NCBI GenBank assembly: GCA_965248105.1
Contig: CBDFIK010000005.1
Coordinates: forward strand, 648,683-712,682
DNA: 64,000 bases
Source of the DNA: Bryobacterales bacterium
GTDB taxonomy: Bacteria; Acidobacteriota; Terriglobia; Bryobacterales; UBA6623
Direction of reading: 5' to 3'
Below, in pieces: positions 53,894 through 63,205 of the stretch. How positions within the stretch are numbered: the first letter of the stretch is position 1; the number at the start of each line of letters is the position of its first letter. Position numbers and translations under genes: made by a program. The notes beneath the pieces were generated by a model, which did not search any database, had not been told where the DNA came from, and was given only the letters and a program-made list of their open reading frames with translations.

Positions 53894-55081
53894 CTACGAC
53901 GCGCCGCTACCGACGACCGCGCACCGATGAGAGTCGTGGGATCGTGTCTTGCGATAGATAAGAGCACCGACTGCGGGGAGCTGATTCAGTAATTCAATTC
54001 CAATCTCGCCCACCGTCGGGTGGCACAACAGGCGCGAGGCCAGGTGTCCCCACTTCCGGTTGGCGTGGTAATGGCGGTGCCACCAACGTTCGTAGTTGAG
54101 CTGCGCCGAGCGGAGGGTTTGTTTTCCTTTCATCGCCTGAGAGACCAGGTCGGCGCAAACCACCGCGGATCGCATCGCTCCGGCCACGCCCACACCCAGA
54201 AAAGGAGCCATCACGCCGGCGCTGTCGCCGACCATAAAGACCCCGTTGGCGACTTGCTCTTTAGGAACGAAGGAAACTTGTCCGATCGTCAACAGACTGT
54301 CTTCGAAAGGCGAAGCGTCGCGCATGGACTCGGCCAAGAAGGGGTTCTCGCGCCGGGCCGCCCCGATCAGCTTCTCCGGGCGCCCCCCGTTCTGGCGTAA
54401 GGCTTGTTCGGTGGCCAGTAGGCAGATGTTCGTTCGGTCGCCCTCGATCCCTACCACGCCGCAGTAGCCGCCCGGGAAAAGATACAGTTCTACGTTGTCG
54501 CCCCGGCCCATACCGGCGAAGTGGCATTTGACGCCGACGTAAGGGCTTCTCTCGACCAGAAACTTGCGCCCCAGCACCCGGTCCAGATTGGAGCGTTTGC
54601 CCTGTGCGCCGATGACGACCCGAGAGCGAATCGCGCCGCGCGGCCGGGGAGATTCGCTACGTATCCTAACCTCGTAGCCGGTGTCGGAGGCTGGGGAAAC
54701 ACTCTCCACAAAGGCGCCTTCGTGGACGCGCACCCCCAGCTTCGCCGCCTGCGCGAGGAGCACGGAATCCATAGCGCGTCGGCTGATGCCGAGACCCTCC
54801 TCGGCCAGGGGCAAGGAATAGGGCCGCCCGCCTGTTCCATACAGAATCATCCGGCGCACGCGGGTGGGACAGCAGCCCATGATTTCTTCGTACAAGCCGA
54901 GCTCGCGCAAGGACGCGGTGGCTTCACCCGAGACAAATTCCCCGCAAAAGCGATGGGGACGCCGCGACGATTTCTCGAGCAACAGCACATCGACGCCGGC
55001 CCTGCGTAGCGCAATCGCGGCACAACAACCGGCCACACCCGCCCCAACGATGGTCGCCTCAGCTTGGAGATTCCCGCTCAT
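53894..55081 (-). CDS. FAD-dependent oxidoreductase (geranylgeranyl-reductase/aromatic-hydroxylase-like)
   Basis: N-terminal dinucleotide fold ATIVGAGVAGCCAAIALRRAGVDVLLLEK, later VFMVGDSAGVMAPFLGVGV. Confidence 0.8.
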   Translation of the reverse strand: MSGNLQAEATIVGAGVAGCCAAIALRRAGVDVLLLEKSSRRPHRFCGEFVSGEATASLRELGLYEEIMGCCPTRVRRMILYGTGGRPYSLPLAEEGLGISRRAMDSVLLAQAAKLGVRVHEGAFVESVSPASDTGYEVRIRSESPRPRGAIRSRVVIGAQGKRSNLDRVLGRKFLVERSPYVGVKCHFAGMGRGDNVELYLFPGGYCGVVGIEGDRTNICLLATEQALRQNGGRPEKLIGAARRENPFLAESMRDASPFEDSLLTIGQVSFVPKEQVANGVFMVGDSAGVMAPFLGVGVAGAMRSAVVCADLVSQAMKGKQTLRSAQLNYERWWHRHYHANRKWGHLASRLLCHPTVGEIGIELLNQLPAVGALIYRKTRSHDSHRCAVVGSGAS

Positions 55082-55857
55082 CGTTCGCTGTTGTCGTCGA
55101 TCACGGTCATTCGATAATACAGCCCTTCCGTGTACACGCGCGCGCTTTCGAGGCCGGCGTCTGCCAGGATCGACCGTATCTCCGACGGCGTGTAGGCCCG
55201 AAAAATGGAAACCTCGCCGTCGTGACGGGTGAGCCGGCTTCTCGCGAAAACAGGCGCCGACATCCGGAAGAAAAGGTAGGGAACCCGATCGCGAACTAAA
55301 TCATTCAGAACCAGAGTGCCGCGACAAACCGCCTTCAGCGCGGGCAGGATCTCGAGTAACTCGGCTCGACTGAAATGGTGCAGAAACAGCATCGATAGAA
55401 CGAAGTCGAATGACGCCGGGGGAAAAGGAAGCGCCGTGACGTCGGCGGCCAGCAGTTGGATTTCCGCGTACTCCGAAACGTTCTCCCGAGCGATGTTCAA
55501 GTGCCGCCAATTAATGTCAAGGGCAACAATTTCGACGGGGATTTTGTGACGCCGCGCCCAGAGCGCGATCTCGAGCGGCACGGCGGCCGATCCGGTGCCG
55601 ACATCGAGGATGCGCAGCCGACGTTTCGTCCCAGCTTGGCGCATCCGGGGAAACAGGAACCGTCGCAGCGCCGCCCGCCCACCCAGCCAGCGATTGATTC
55701 GGCTGATGTCGGAAAGACTTTCTCGAACGTCGTCGAGCGACCCGCGCTGAAGGTCAAGCCACTCCGGCCGATCCTGCCGGGTCGGGATAGCTGTCCAGCG
55801 GTCGAGCAAAGGGATCATGGAGCAATCTCCATCGGGCTTCCGAACAGACCAGCGCAA
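55078..55857 (-). CDS. Class I SAM-dependent methyltransferase
   Basis: Motif I RILDVGTGSAAVPLEIA, post-I ALDIN, motif II LLAADVTALPF. Its stop overlaps the next start in an ATGA. An alternative ATG lies at 55818. Confidence 0.8.
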   Translation of the reverse strand: MRWSVRKPDGDCSMIPLLDRWTAIPTRQDRPEWLDLQRGSLDDVRESLSDISRINRWLGGRAALRRFLFPRMRQAGTKRRLRILDVGTGSAAVPLEIALWARRHKIPVEIVALDINWRHLNIARENVSEYAEIQLLAADVTALPFPPASFDFVLSMLFLHHFSRAELLEILPALKAVCRGTLVLNDLVRDRVPYLFFRMSAPVFARSRLTRHDGEVSIFRAYTPSEIRSILADAGLESARVYTEGLYYRMTVIDDNSER

Positions 55858-55958
55858 AGCCTGAGTGCCGCGGCTTGACCTCCGGACCCAGTTTGGTTCC
55901 GAGCTTGGCCCAAGCCCGCCGCCAAGTTTCTCCTCCGGCCCTTGTAGAATGTTAGTCG

Positions 55959-56549
55959 ATGAGATGGGTTTTGTCGCGGCGCATCCCGCCGATCACGAAA
56001 CTGCTCTTGGTCGAGAGCGGGCCGCGTGCCATCGCCGAGAAAGCCATTATCCGCTTTCGGGAGCTCTACGGCGAAGAGCTGCCGATTGATTTACTGACCT
56101 GTCTTCCTAGCGATCCGTCCAGCCTGACGGCCAACGGAGTGCCGAGCGAAGTCTTTCGGGTCATCCATTGTCACGACCGCAGGACGCGCTGGCGGCTGCT
56201 GCGGCGTGTCCGGGCCAAACGGCATCCCGTGACCGCGATCATCTGCGCCGACTCCCCAATCCTAGGCCCTTGGAAAATGGCCGCGCTCGCCCTGTTCCCT
56301 TCCAAGTTCTTAATCATCAATGAGAACGCCGACTTTTTCTGGCTTGATCGCGGCCATCGCAGCGCCGTCAAGCAATTCCTTCTCCACCGGACCGGCTTGC
56401 TGGAAGGCTCCGCCCCGCACAAGGTGGCTGCGATCCTCGTTTTCCCATTCGCTTTCGCGTATTTGCTTGCTTACGCACTCGTCGTCCACGCGGTGCGGCT
56501 CGCTCGAATGGGACTCGGCCTTCATCGGCGCCGCGACCGGAGTTCTTAG
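55959..56549 (+). CDS. Hypothetical protein with C-terminal TM helix
   Basis: 196-aa ORF with ATG start, divergent from the methyltransferase operon. Hydrophobic AAILVFPFAFAYLLAYALVVHAV. No family recognised. Confidence 0.5.
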   Translation: MRWVLSRRIPPITKLLLVESGPRAIAEKAIIRFRELYGEELPIDLLTCLPSDPSSLTANGVPSEVFRVIHCHDRRTRWRLLRRVRAKRHPVTAIICADSPILGPWKMAALALFPSKFLIINENADFFWLDRGHRSAVKQFLLHRTGLLEGSAPHKVAAILVFPFAFAYLLAYALVVHAVRLARMGLGLHRRRDRSS

Positions 56550-56880
56550 CAGTCAGACAAGGAAACTCGGGAAGAGGCCACGCCCGCCGTAGCTCCCGCA
56601 CCCATGAGATCTCGGATGTCGAAAACGACACCCTGCTTGCGCTGCCAAAGGTCGTGACGCGACGCCTTGTAAAACCTCCCTGTGTAGATTAGCCTCGGGC
56701 GCCGGCCGTTTGACAGCCCTTCAGCCTCGCTCTAGCATGGGGACAGAAGAATTCAAGGAATCGGGGACTAACCCAGACGTTGGGTTGCGCGGAGCCTAAG
56801 AATCAGCGAGCCGCGGGGCGGCGAGGTGGACTGTCCCGGGACTTTTCACATCTTCCGAAGAGCCCGGGTGAGCCGTGGCG

Positions 56881-58065
56881 ATGAAACTGCCCATCTACAT
56901 GGATTATCACGCCACGACGCCGGTCGACCCGCGCGTTGTCGAGGCGATGTCGCCCTATTTCAGCGAGAACTTCGGCAACGCCGCCAGCCGGAACCACGCC
57001 TTCGGCTGGCGCGCGGAGGAGGCTGTGGGAAGCGCCCGCAGTCAGATTGCCGAGCTGATCGGAGCCGTTCCAAGGGAGATCGTCTTTACCAGCGGGGCAA
57101 CAGAGTCCGACAACCTGGCGATCAAGGGCGTCGCTGAGATGCATGCCGAACGCGGCAACCACATCATTATTTGCGCTACGGAACACCGCGCTGTCCTCGA
57201 TACCTGCCGCAGGCTCGAGAAGCAAGGCTATCGGATAAGCTACCTGCCCGTTCAGCCGGACGGTCTGATGGATCTGGAAACGGTTCGCCGCGCACTCAGC
57301 GACAAGACGATCCTGATCTCGATCATGTACGCGAACAACGAAATCGGCGTCATCCAGCCGATCGCCGATATTGGGCAACTGGCGCGAGATCACGGAGTCC
57401 TGTTTCACGTAGATGCCGCGCAGGCCGTGGGGAAAATACCGCTCGATGTTGAACGAGACCAAATCGATCTCATGTCGTTTACCGCCCACAAGATCTACGG
57501 TCCCAAAGGAATCGGAGCGCTGTACGTAAGGCGAAAACCGCGCCTGCGGCTGAGCCCGCAAATGGACGGTGGCGGCCATGAGCGCGGCATGCGTTCGGGG
57601 ACGCTCAACGTGCCGGGCATTGTCGGCTTCGGCAGGGCCTGCGAGCTGTGCCAAGCCGAGATGAACGAAGAAGCTGCCCGGCTGCGGTCGCTACGAGACA
57701 AGCTCAAGGACGGCATCCTAAACCGCATCGCGGACGTGTCGATCAACGGGAGCCTCGAGCATCGCCTGCCGCATAATCTCAACGTGAGCTTTGCCCACGT
57801 TGACGGTGAATCTCTGCTGATGGGGCTGAACGACATCGCGGTATCGAGCGGCTCCGCGTGCACGACGGATCTTCCCGAACCTAGCCACGTCCTCCAGGCG
57901 CTGGGGGTGAAGAATGAGTTGGCCCATAGCTCTCTGCGCTTCGGCCTGGGCCGTTTCAATACGGAAGAGGAAGTCGATTACGCAATCGACAGGGTCGCCG
58001 AGGTCGTCTCCCGCCTGAGAGAGCTGTCGCCGCACGGGCCGGCGGCGCGAACCTTGTCACCGTAG
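56881..58065 (+). CDS. iscS: Cysteine desulfurase IscS/NifS
   Basis: [23 protein letters not shown]... is collinear with the E. coli IscS N-terminus. PLP Lys context [14 protein letters not shown], active-site loop SSGSACTT. Confidence 0.9.
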   Translation: MKLPIYMDYHATTPVDPRVVEAMSPYFSENFGNAASRNHAFGWRAEEAVGSARSQIAELIGAVPREIVFTSGATESDNLAIKGVAEMHAERGNHIIICATEHRAVLDTCRRLEKQGYRISYLPVQPDGLMDLETVRRALSDKTILISIMYANNEIGVIQPIADIGQLARDHGVLFHVDAAQAVGKIPLDVERDQIDLMSFTAHKIYGPKGIGALYVRRKPRLRLSPQMDGGGHERGMRSGTLNVPGIVGFGRACELCQAEMNEEAARLRSLRDKLKDGILNRIADVSINGSLEHRLPHNLNVSFAHVDGESLLMGLNDIAVSSGSACTTDLPEPSHVLQALGVKNELAHSSLRFGLGRFNTEEEVDYAIDRVAEVVSRLRELSPHGPAARTLSP

Positions 58066-58168
58066 GCTAGTGTTTGGTTTCAAAAGTTCGCGTATTTAAA
58101 AAGCCCTTTGCCGAAGGATCATACGGTCGTCCGTCTGGCCCGGAAGTGGTTTGTTCGCAGAGCCTTCC

Positions 58169-58193
58169 GAGCCGCGACCGTGAGGGAGCGGTC
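58169..58193 (+). repeat. Family E short repeat
   Basis: GAGCCGCGACCGTGAGGGAGCGGTC. See 4381-4405. Confidence 0.7.
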
Positions 58194-58243
58194 CAGGGAT
58201 TGCCGGCCTATAAACGATCGTGAACTTATGCAACCAAGCACTA

Positions 58244-58278
58244 GAAAAATGGGGACTGCCACACTACTGTCCCATCAT
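58244..58278. repeat. Family F hairpin remnant abutting the IS relic
   Basis: GAAAAATGGGGACTGCCACAC followed by ACTGTCCCATCAT. It overlaps the transposase stop codon (58275-58277). Confidence 0.45.
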
Positions 58279-59315
58279 AAGTCAAATAGAGTCAGTTGGT
58301 TAGAAAGGGTGGGTCGCGGAAGTTGGGAGTCGAGACCCTCTAACACCTGTAAAATGGGGGTTTTCTCGAAAACGGTGACGCTGAGAATCTGTAGAATTCT
58401 GTAGAGTCCGGCCTCGATGCCGTGCTGTTTCCTGAGGATCGCCACGAGCAAATAGACGATCATAGCGACCCAGATCTGCGTCTTCACGGCGTTGGCCGAG
58501 GTGCCGTAGAACTTCTTGATGCGGAGGTGTTGCTTGCTCCACTTGAAGAACAACTCCACGTCCCAGCGGCGCTTGTATAGCTGGGCGATGGTGAGCGCGG
58601 GCAACTGAAAATTGTTGGTCAGAAAGCGTAGACGGAGGTTGTGTTGCCGGTCCCAGAAGCGGATCAGCCGAGCGGGGGCGGGATAGTCGTGGGCGGAATC
58701 CTGACCGGTTCATACGATCGTCTGATCCGAGCACAGTCCGGTCGCTTTGTCCACGCGATGCGAATAGCGTCGACGGTACGGCATGTTCTTTCGAGTGCGG
58801 ACGACCAAGAAGGCGGCCGCCGTCGTCAGCCGATACAGGCGGGCGAAATGAATGTATCCGCGATCCATGACATAGCAGGCGCCCGGCTGGGGCATGAAAT
58901 CATCCCACACGCTGACATCGCTGACGTGTGCCGAAGTCACGCGAATAAAGCTGGGGATACTGCCCCGCAGATCCAACACGGTATGGACCTTCACGGCTGC
59001 TTTGCTGCGTTGGAAGGGAGCCCACGGGAACAACGACAAGCACAGATCGATGGTGGTGGAGTCCAGGGCGTAAACCGTCTGGTCCAATTCCAGCCCCAGA
59101 TCTTCGTGGGAGTAGAGTTGCCGGGCTTGGCGGATGAGGATCTGAGCAACCTCGGCGTAGATGCGCCAGTCGCGTTTCAAGTTGGCGTTCGCCAGCGTGT
59201 TGCGGGAGATGTTGCCGCGAAAGCCCATATGGTAGAGCCGTGGTTGGACGGCGCGCAGACAAACTTCGATATCGCGCAGGCTCTCGCGGGAGGTGAGTTG
59301 GGCGAAGGCGAGACA
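58275..59315 (-). mobile_element. Decayed IS4-family transposase gene: N-terminally truncated, with one in-frame TGA
   Basis: ORFs 58710..59411 and 58275..58604 are in the same frame, and only TGA 58710-58712 interrupts them (…SDQTIV*TGQDSAHDYPAPARLIRFWD…QLYKRRWDVELFFKWSKQHLRIKKFYGTSANAVKTQIW). Homology begins abruptly at LCLAFAQLTSRESLRDIE (~59318), so about 50 N-terminal residues are missing. No terminal IRs identified. Confidence 0.8.
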
Positions 59316-59405
59316 CAGGGGGGGAGATCGCAGGGGGGGAGATCGGCAGGGGGGGAGATCGGGGGGGGAGATCGGGGACAGCTCCCGATCTGTCCCGATC
59401 TGTCC
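59316..59405 (+). repeat. G-rich tandem repeat (CAGGGGGGGAGATCGG x ~4) followed by two inverted CCCGATCT units
   Basis: Units at 59316-59330, 59331-59346, 59347-59362 and 59363-59375, followed by GGACAGCTCCCGATCTGTCCCGATCTGTCC. Contains four G6-G7 runs. Confidence 0.85.
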
Positions 59406-59410
59406 AGCCA

Positions 59411-60250
59411 CAAGGCCTGGGCCGTCGTTTGGCCCAGACCCGCGGCCTTTTTAGAAGCCCGCATTTCTTGCCGACTTGAGATCGGATCCCGCTCGCACCA
59501 GTTCGAGAACTCCTGCCAGGGCGCTGTCGGTCCGACTCCAATCTGCCGGTCACAGACGGCAACGTCTTTTGTTTTAAGTAACTTCTGGTCCTTTGTCCGG
59601 GGAAATCCAAGCCGCCCGCGATAGAATAGACGCAGGAGGCTGTCTGAGAAACGCATGGCAAGATCGTGGAACGCCATAGGCCGCCTAGCAGCCGTCGACG
59701 GCGAAAATACCAAACAAACCCAATTCCTAGGCAAGCCGAGCCCTTTCAATAACTTAGCTCGTAGGGTGGATCTCGACTTTGAGATCCGCGGCCTTTTGCT
59801 TCTGTGATGCACGCTCTGAGGGCGTCCCGGCACCGAGCCGCGAGTGTGAGCGAGCGGTTCCAGAGTTGAGTCTGGTCGGCGGGGATGAATCCGCGCCCGC
59901 CCCAACACCATCGGGGCGCGGGCCCGCGGGCTAACGCCCGCGGCTCTGTGCTGTTATGTTCACCAAGCTGACTGTCGAGGCCGAACCGTTGAGACAACCA
60001 CATTCGCGGCTAACCACACGACGGAGCAGGTGAGTACCGGACAGAGCCGTGCCCGTCAGGGCGCGGGCCCTTCCCATGGCTTTTTTCGCCCACGGAAACC
60101 GCCGACTTACGAAAATTACCAAACAAAGCCAATTTGCAGATAAGCCAATCTATTGCAATCACTTAGATGGCATGTCCGGGCAAAGAAAAGGAGTAGCCAG
60201 AGGCCAAGCGATCCCCTATGCTTGCCCGCTTGAGCAGGTGGCAAGTTAGC
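59411..60250 (+). repeat. Long composite non-coding repeat, copy D2 (paralogue of 26483-27150)
   Basis: See D1 for the block correspondences. D2 has an extra 60 nt at 59451-59510 and an extra ~285 nt at 59649-59934 that contains a family E copy (59835-59860). Confidence 0.7.
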
Positions 60251-60430
60251 CCGAGTTCGCTAGGACAAACAAGAGTGTTTGTTCCTACTGAACGCCGCCG
60301 ACTTGGTAGGACCGGCACTCTTGCCGGTCCTTCGCCGCGAAGCGGCGACGCAGCCCGTAGCCACCATTAGCCCGGGGTGAGCCCGTAGCGCGACCGCGCC
60401 GCGGATCTCGGCTTCCGTCCGTGCAACTCA

Positions 60431-60476
60431 ATGTCGCCACGAATGGCCCCACGGCACGCAAGAATGCGTGCGCCAC
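60431..60476 (-). repeat. Family B twin-hairpin repeat, copy B3 (inverted)
   Basis: ATGTCGCCACGAATGGCCCCACGGCACGCAAGAATGCGTGCGCCAC is the reverse complement of the B1/B2 core. Confidence 0.85.
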
Positions 60477-60960
60477 GTCGGGGTGACGATTTGTCACCGG
60501 CTCTTGGCTGCGACTGTTCAGCGAGCGATCTCGTTAGCAGAGCTTTCGGACGATTTCGAACCGAACAACCCACGGCAGCTATCCGGCGCCGCAACCAATC
60601 ATCTCCGGCCACGTCTATCCTCTTGGGGGGCATAGGTGCGGCCTGTCCTCCCATTAGCTCGACCCATTAGTGGTCGGTCTTCTCCTTCTCCGCCGACGGC
60701 GGGGGTGGCTGTGGTCGGACAGATGGTCGCTCGCGGCCATCGACCCCAGCCTCCTCATCAGGTCTGGCCACAGTCATCTCCGCCCCGATCGCCTTGCCGG
60801 GTGCGCCGGTTGACGGCCCGTTCACGTTCCACTGTTCCCCTTCCCTGCCCCTGACGGTCGGTTATTGGAGATCTTGTTAACATGGTAAGAGAAGCTCTGC
60901 AAGCCGCCCGGCTGGTAGTTCTACGGGTCGTACCGCAAGAGAATCCAATGGGTAGAAGGA

Positions 60961-61656
60961 ATGGGCAAAGTCAAGTCCCCAGAAACCGAGAGCGTACAGA
61001 CGCAGACTGAACCGGCCGAGGAATCTCAGCCCCACCAAGAAGAACCCTCCCGCAGTGAGAACGAGGTCGACGGCACCGGCTCGAACGGCTCGACGCCCGA
61101 GGACGAGGCTGAACCTCAGCCCGGCGGCACCGAAGCGGCCGCCGAGTCCGACCTTGCTGCCGCGGTCGCCGAGAGGGATCGGGCCGTGGCCGAGAAGAAC
61201 CAGCAATTTGAGCGCTTTCAGCGGGCCCAGGCCGATTTTGAAAACTTCCGCAAGCGGCTCCTGCGAGAGAAAGAAGAGGCTCACGAATACGCGGCGATGG
61301 GGACGATCGAGTCGCTCTTGCCCATCCTCGATGATTTCGAACGCGCTTTAAACGCTCCAGGGATCGACACCGAGTTCCGCGAGGGGTTGGACCTGATCTA
61401 CCAGCGGATGTTCGAGGTCTTTACGCGAGCTGGGTTGAAGCTCGTGGAAACCGAAAACACTAAATTCAACCCCTATTTCCATCACGCGCTAGACCGAGAG
61501 CCCGCCGAGAACGACGAGCAGGACCAGACGATCCTCGAGGTTTACCAGCGGGGGTATCACTTCAAAGACCGCCTGCTGAGACCGGCCATGGTCAAGGTAG
61601 CCGTGAAGGAAACCGCCGAGCAGACAAAGGACGATCAGGAAGAAAAGAAGGACTAG
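60961..61656 (+). CDS. grpE: Nucleotide exchange factor GrpE
   Basis: Acidic N-terminal tail, then FERFQRAQADFENFRKRLLREKEEAHEYAAMGTIESLLPILDDFERAL and C-terminal beta domain ...YQRGYHFKDRLLRPAMVKV. Confidence 0.9.
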   Translation: MGKVKSPETESVQTQTEPAEESQPHQEEPSRSENEVDGTGSNGSTPEDEAEPQPGGTEAAAESDLAAAVAERDRAVAEKNQQFERFQRAQADFENFRKRLLREKEEAHEYAAMGTIESLLPILDDFERALNAPGIDTEFREGLDLIYQRMFEVFTRAGLKLVETENTKFNPYFHHALDREPAENDEQDQTILEVYQRGYHFKDRLLRPAMVKVAVKETAEQTKDDQEEKKD

Positions 61657-61703
61657 TGGATTGTCCTGGAGACGGGTTCACTATAGATTCGAGATTCGGA
61701 AAT

Positions 61704-61743
61704 GTCGGGCTCGAAAGCCCGACACAGCACGCTGAAAGCGTGC
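61704..61743 (+). repeat. Two tandem GC hairpins with GAAA-type loops in the grpE-dnaJ spacer
   Basis: GTCGGGCT-CGAA-AGCCCGAC (61704-61723) and GCACGC-TGAAA-GCGTGC (61727-61743). No U-tract follows either. Confidence 0.6.
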
Positions 61744-61810
61744 GGCACGTCGCCAGGACGATCAAAGTCTTGTCTGGGACAGCTTACTATTGATGTTCGC
61801 GAAATACAGT

Positions 61811-61834
61811 GTAGGGGCGCAGCGTGCTGCGCCC
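61811..61834. repeat. Family A palindromic repeat, covarying variant
   Basis: GTAG-GGGCGCAGCGTGCTGCGCCC. Two base pairs are swapped relative to the canonical copy (A:T to G:C at 5:16, G:C to A:T at 7:14), and the stem stays intact. Confidence 0.8.
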
Positions 61835-61974
61835 GCTCTGGCAAGGCATTTGCTGTGTCCGAAAACAACACTATATTCTGCGGGTATCAATAGGCAACAG
61901 GGCGCCGACTATAGCGCTGCCGGGTCGAAATAGCAGCAGCGCCAACCGCGACGGGGGCAGTGAGACTTAAATCC

Positions 61975-63093
61975 GTGGCAAACAAACGGGACTATTACGA
62001 AGTTTTGGGCGTTGACCGTGGCACCGGGGAAGGCGCGATCAAGAGCGCCTACCGCAAGCTGGCGTTGAAGTATCATCCTGATCGCAATCCCGACAGCTCG
62101 GAAGCAGAGGAGAGATTCAAGGAGGCGGCCGAGGCCTACAGTGTGCTCAGCGACGCCGAACGACGCAGCCGCTATGACCGTTTCGGGCACGATGGGCTTG
62201 CCGGTGTAAGCGGCGGCGGATTCGACCCACGAGACTTCAGCGATTTCGCCGACATTTTCGGGGACTTCTTTGGCTTTGGTGATCTATTCGGGGGACGGCA
62301 GCGTAGGGCCAGGCCACGACGCGGCACCGACCTGCAGTACGACCTGGAAGTGGATTTCGAAGACGCCGTCTTCGGCCTCAGCACCGCGATCCAGTTTCCG
62401 CGTAACGAAGCCTGCGGCGAGTGTCGAGGGTCGGGGGCGGCGGCAGGCAGAGGCCCGACGACTTGCTCCACCTGCGGGGGTCGAGGGCAGGTGTACTACC
62501 AGCAGGGGGTTTTCTCGGTCGGTCGCACTTGCTCCCGGTGCGGCGGTTCAGGCCAGGTCATCGAGAAACCCTGCAGTACCTGTGGAGGTCGGGGACAACT
62601 CCGTAAGCAATGCAAGCTGCCGGTGAACATCCCTCCCGGCGTCGACAACGGCATTCGACTGCGCCTAGGTGGCGAAGGCGAAGCGGGATCGCTGGGCGGC
62701 CCGCCCGGCGACTTATATGTTGTGCTGCGCGTTCGCGACCACCCGATTTTCGAGCGGATGGAAAGCGATCTGCATTGCGAGGTGCCGATCAACGTGGCAC
62801 AGGCTGCCCTGGGAGCTCAGATCACCGTGCCGTCCCTTGAGGGGCAGGCCCAACTGAAGATTCCACCTGGCGTCGAGACCGGTCGCCAATTTCGTCTTCG
62901 CAACCGGGGAGTTGCTCATGTGCAGAGCGGCCGGCGGGGCGATCTGGTCGTTCATATCAAAGTCGTGGTTCCTTCCAAACTCACCAAGGAGCAGCGCAAA
63001 TTTTTCGAGTCGCTGCTTGAAGTCTTGCCTGTCGATAATTCCCCTACAGAAAAAGGCATCTTCGACAAAGTCAAAGACTACTTCACGAACTGA
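61975..63093 (+). CDS. dnaJ: Molecular chaperone DnaJ
   Basis: J-domain ([10 protein letters not shown]...[11 protein letters not shown]), G/F-rich linker, four CxxCxGxG zinc-finger repeats. GTG 61975 gives MANKRDYY. The ORF-track start at 61960 is also GTG. Confidence 0.9.
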   Translation: MANKRDYYEVLGVDRGTGEGAIKSAYRKLALKYHPDRNPDSSEAEERFKEAAEAYSVLSDAERRSRYDRFGHDGLAGVSGGGFDPRDFSDFADIFGDFFGFGDLFGGRQRRARPRRGTDLQYDLEVDFEDAVFGLSTAIQFPRNEACGECRGSGAAAGRGPTTCSTCGGRGQVYYQQGVFSVGRTCSRCGGSGQVIEKPCSTCGGRGQLRKQCKLPVNIPPGVDNGIRLRLGGEGEAGSLGGPPGDLYVVLRVRDHPIFERMESDLHCEVPINVAQAALGAQITVPSLEGQAQLKIPPGVETGRQFRLRNRGVAHVQSGRRGDLVVHIKVVVPSKLTKEQRKFFESLLEVLPVDNSPTEKGIFDKVKDYFTN

Positions 63094-63205
63094 GCGATCC
63101 CGAGGGAAGGCTCGAGGGCTGTGCCCTACCGGGGAGGGTCGTGCGCCAACGCAGAGCGCCCACCGGGGAACAGCCGCTCGCCGGCTCGTTGAGTATGATG
63201 AAGGC

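Noticed and set aside
56803-57654. 283-aa ORF on the minus strand
   Set aside because: It is antisense to iscS, whose identity is unambiguous.
58710-58712. In-frame TGA of the IS4 transposase as a third selenocysteine codon
   Set aside because: The codon aligns with a non-catalytic hydrophobic position (…DQTIV-x-TG…). I saw no hairpin with SECIS-like spacing downstream. The gene is also 5'-truncated, so it is a nonsense mutation in a pseudogene.
59316-59405. Possible CRISPR array
   Set aside because: The units are 13-16 nt and directly abut one another, with no unique spacers and no cas genes nearby. This is a simple G-rich tandem repeat.
58641-59624. 327-aa ORF on the plus strand
   Set aside because: It is antisense to the IS4 transposase relic and then runs through the tandem repeat and repeat D2. 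It is a composite of unrelated sequences, not a gene.
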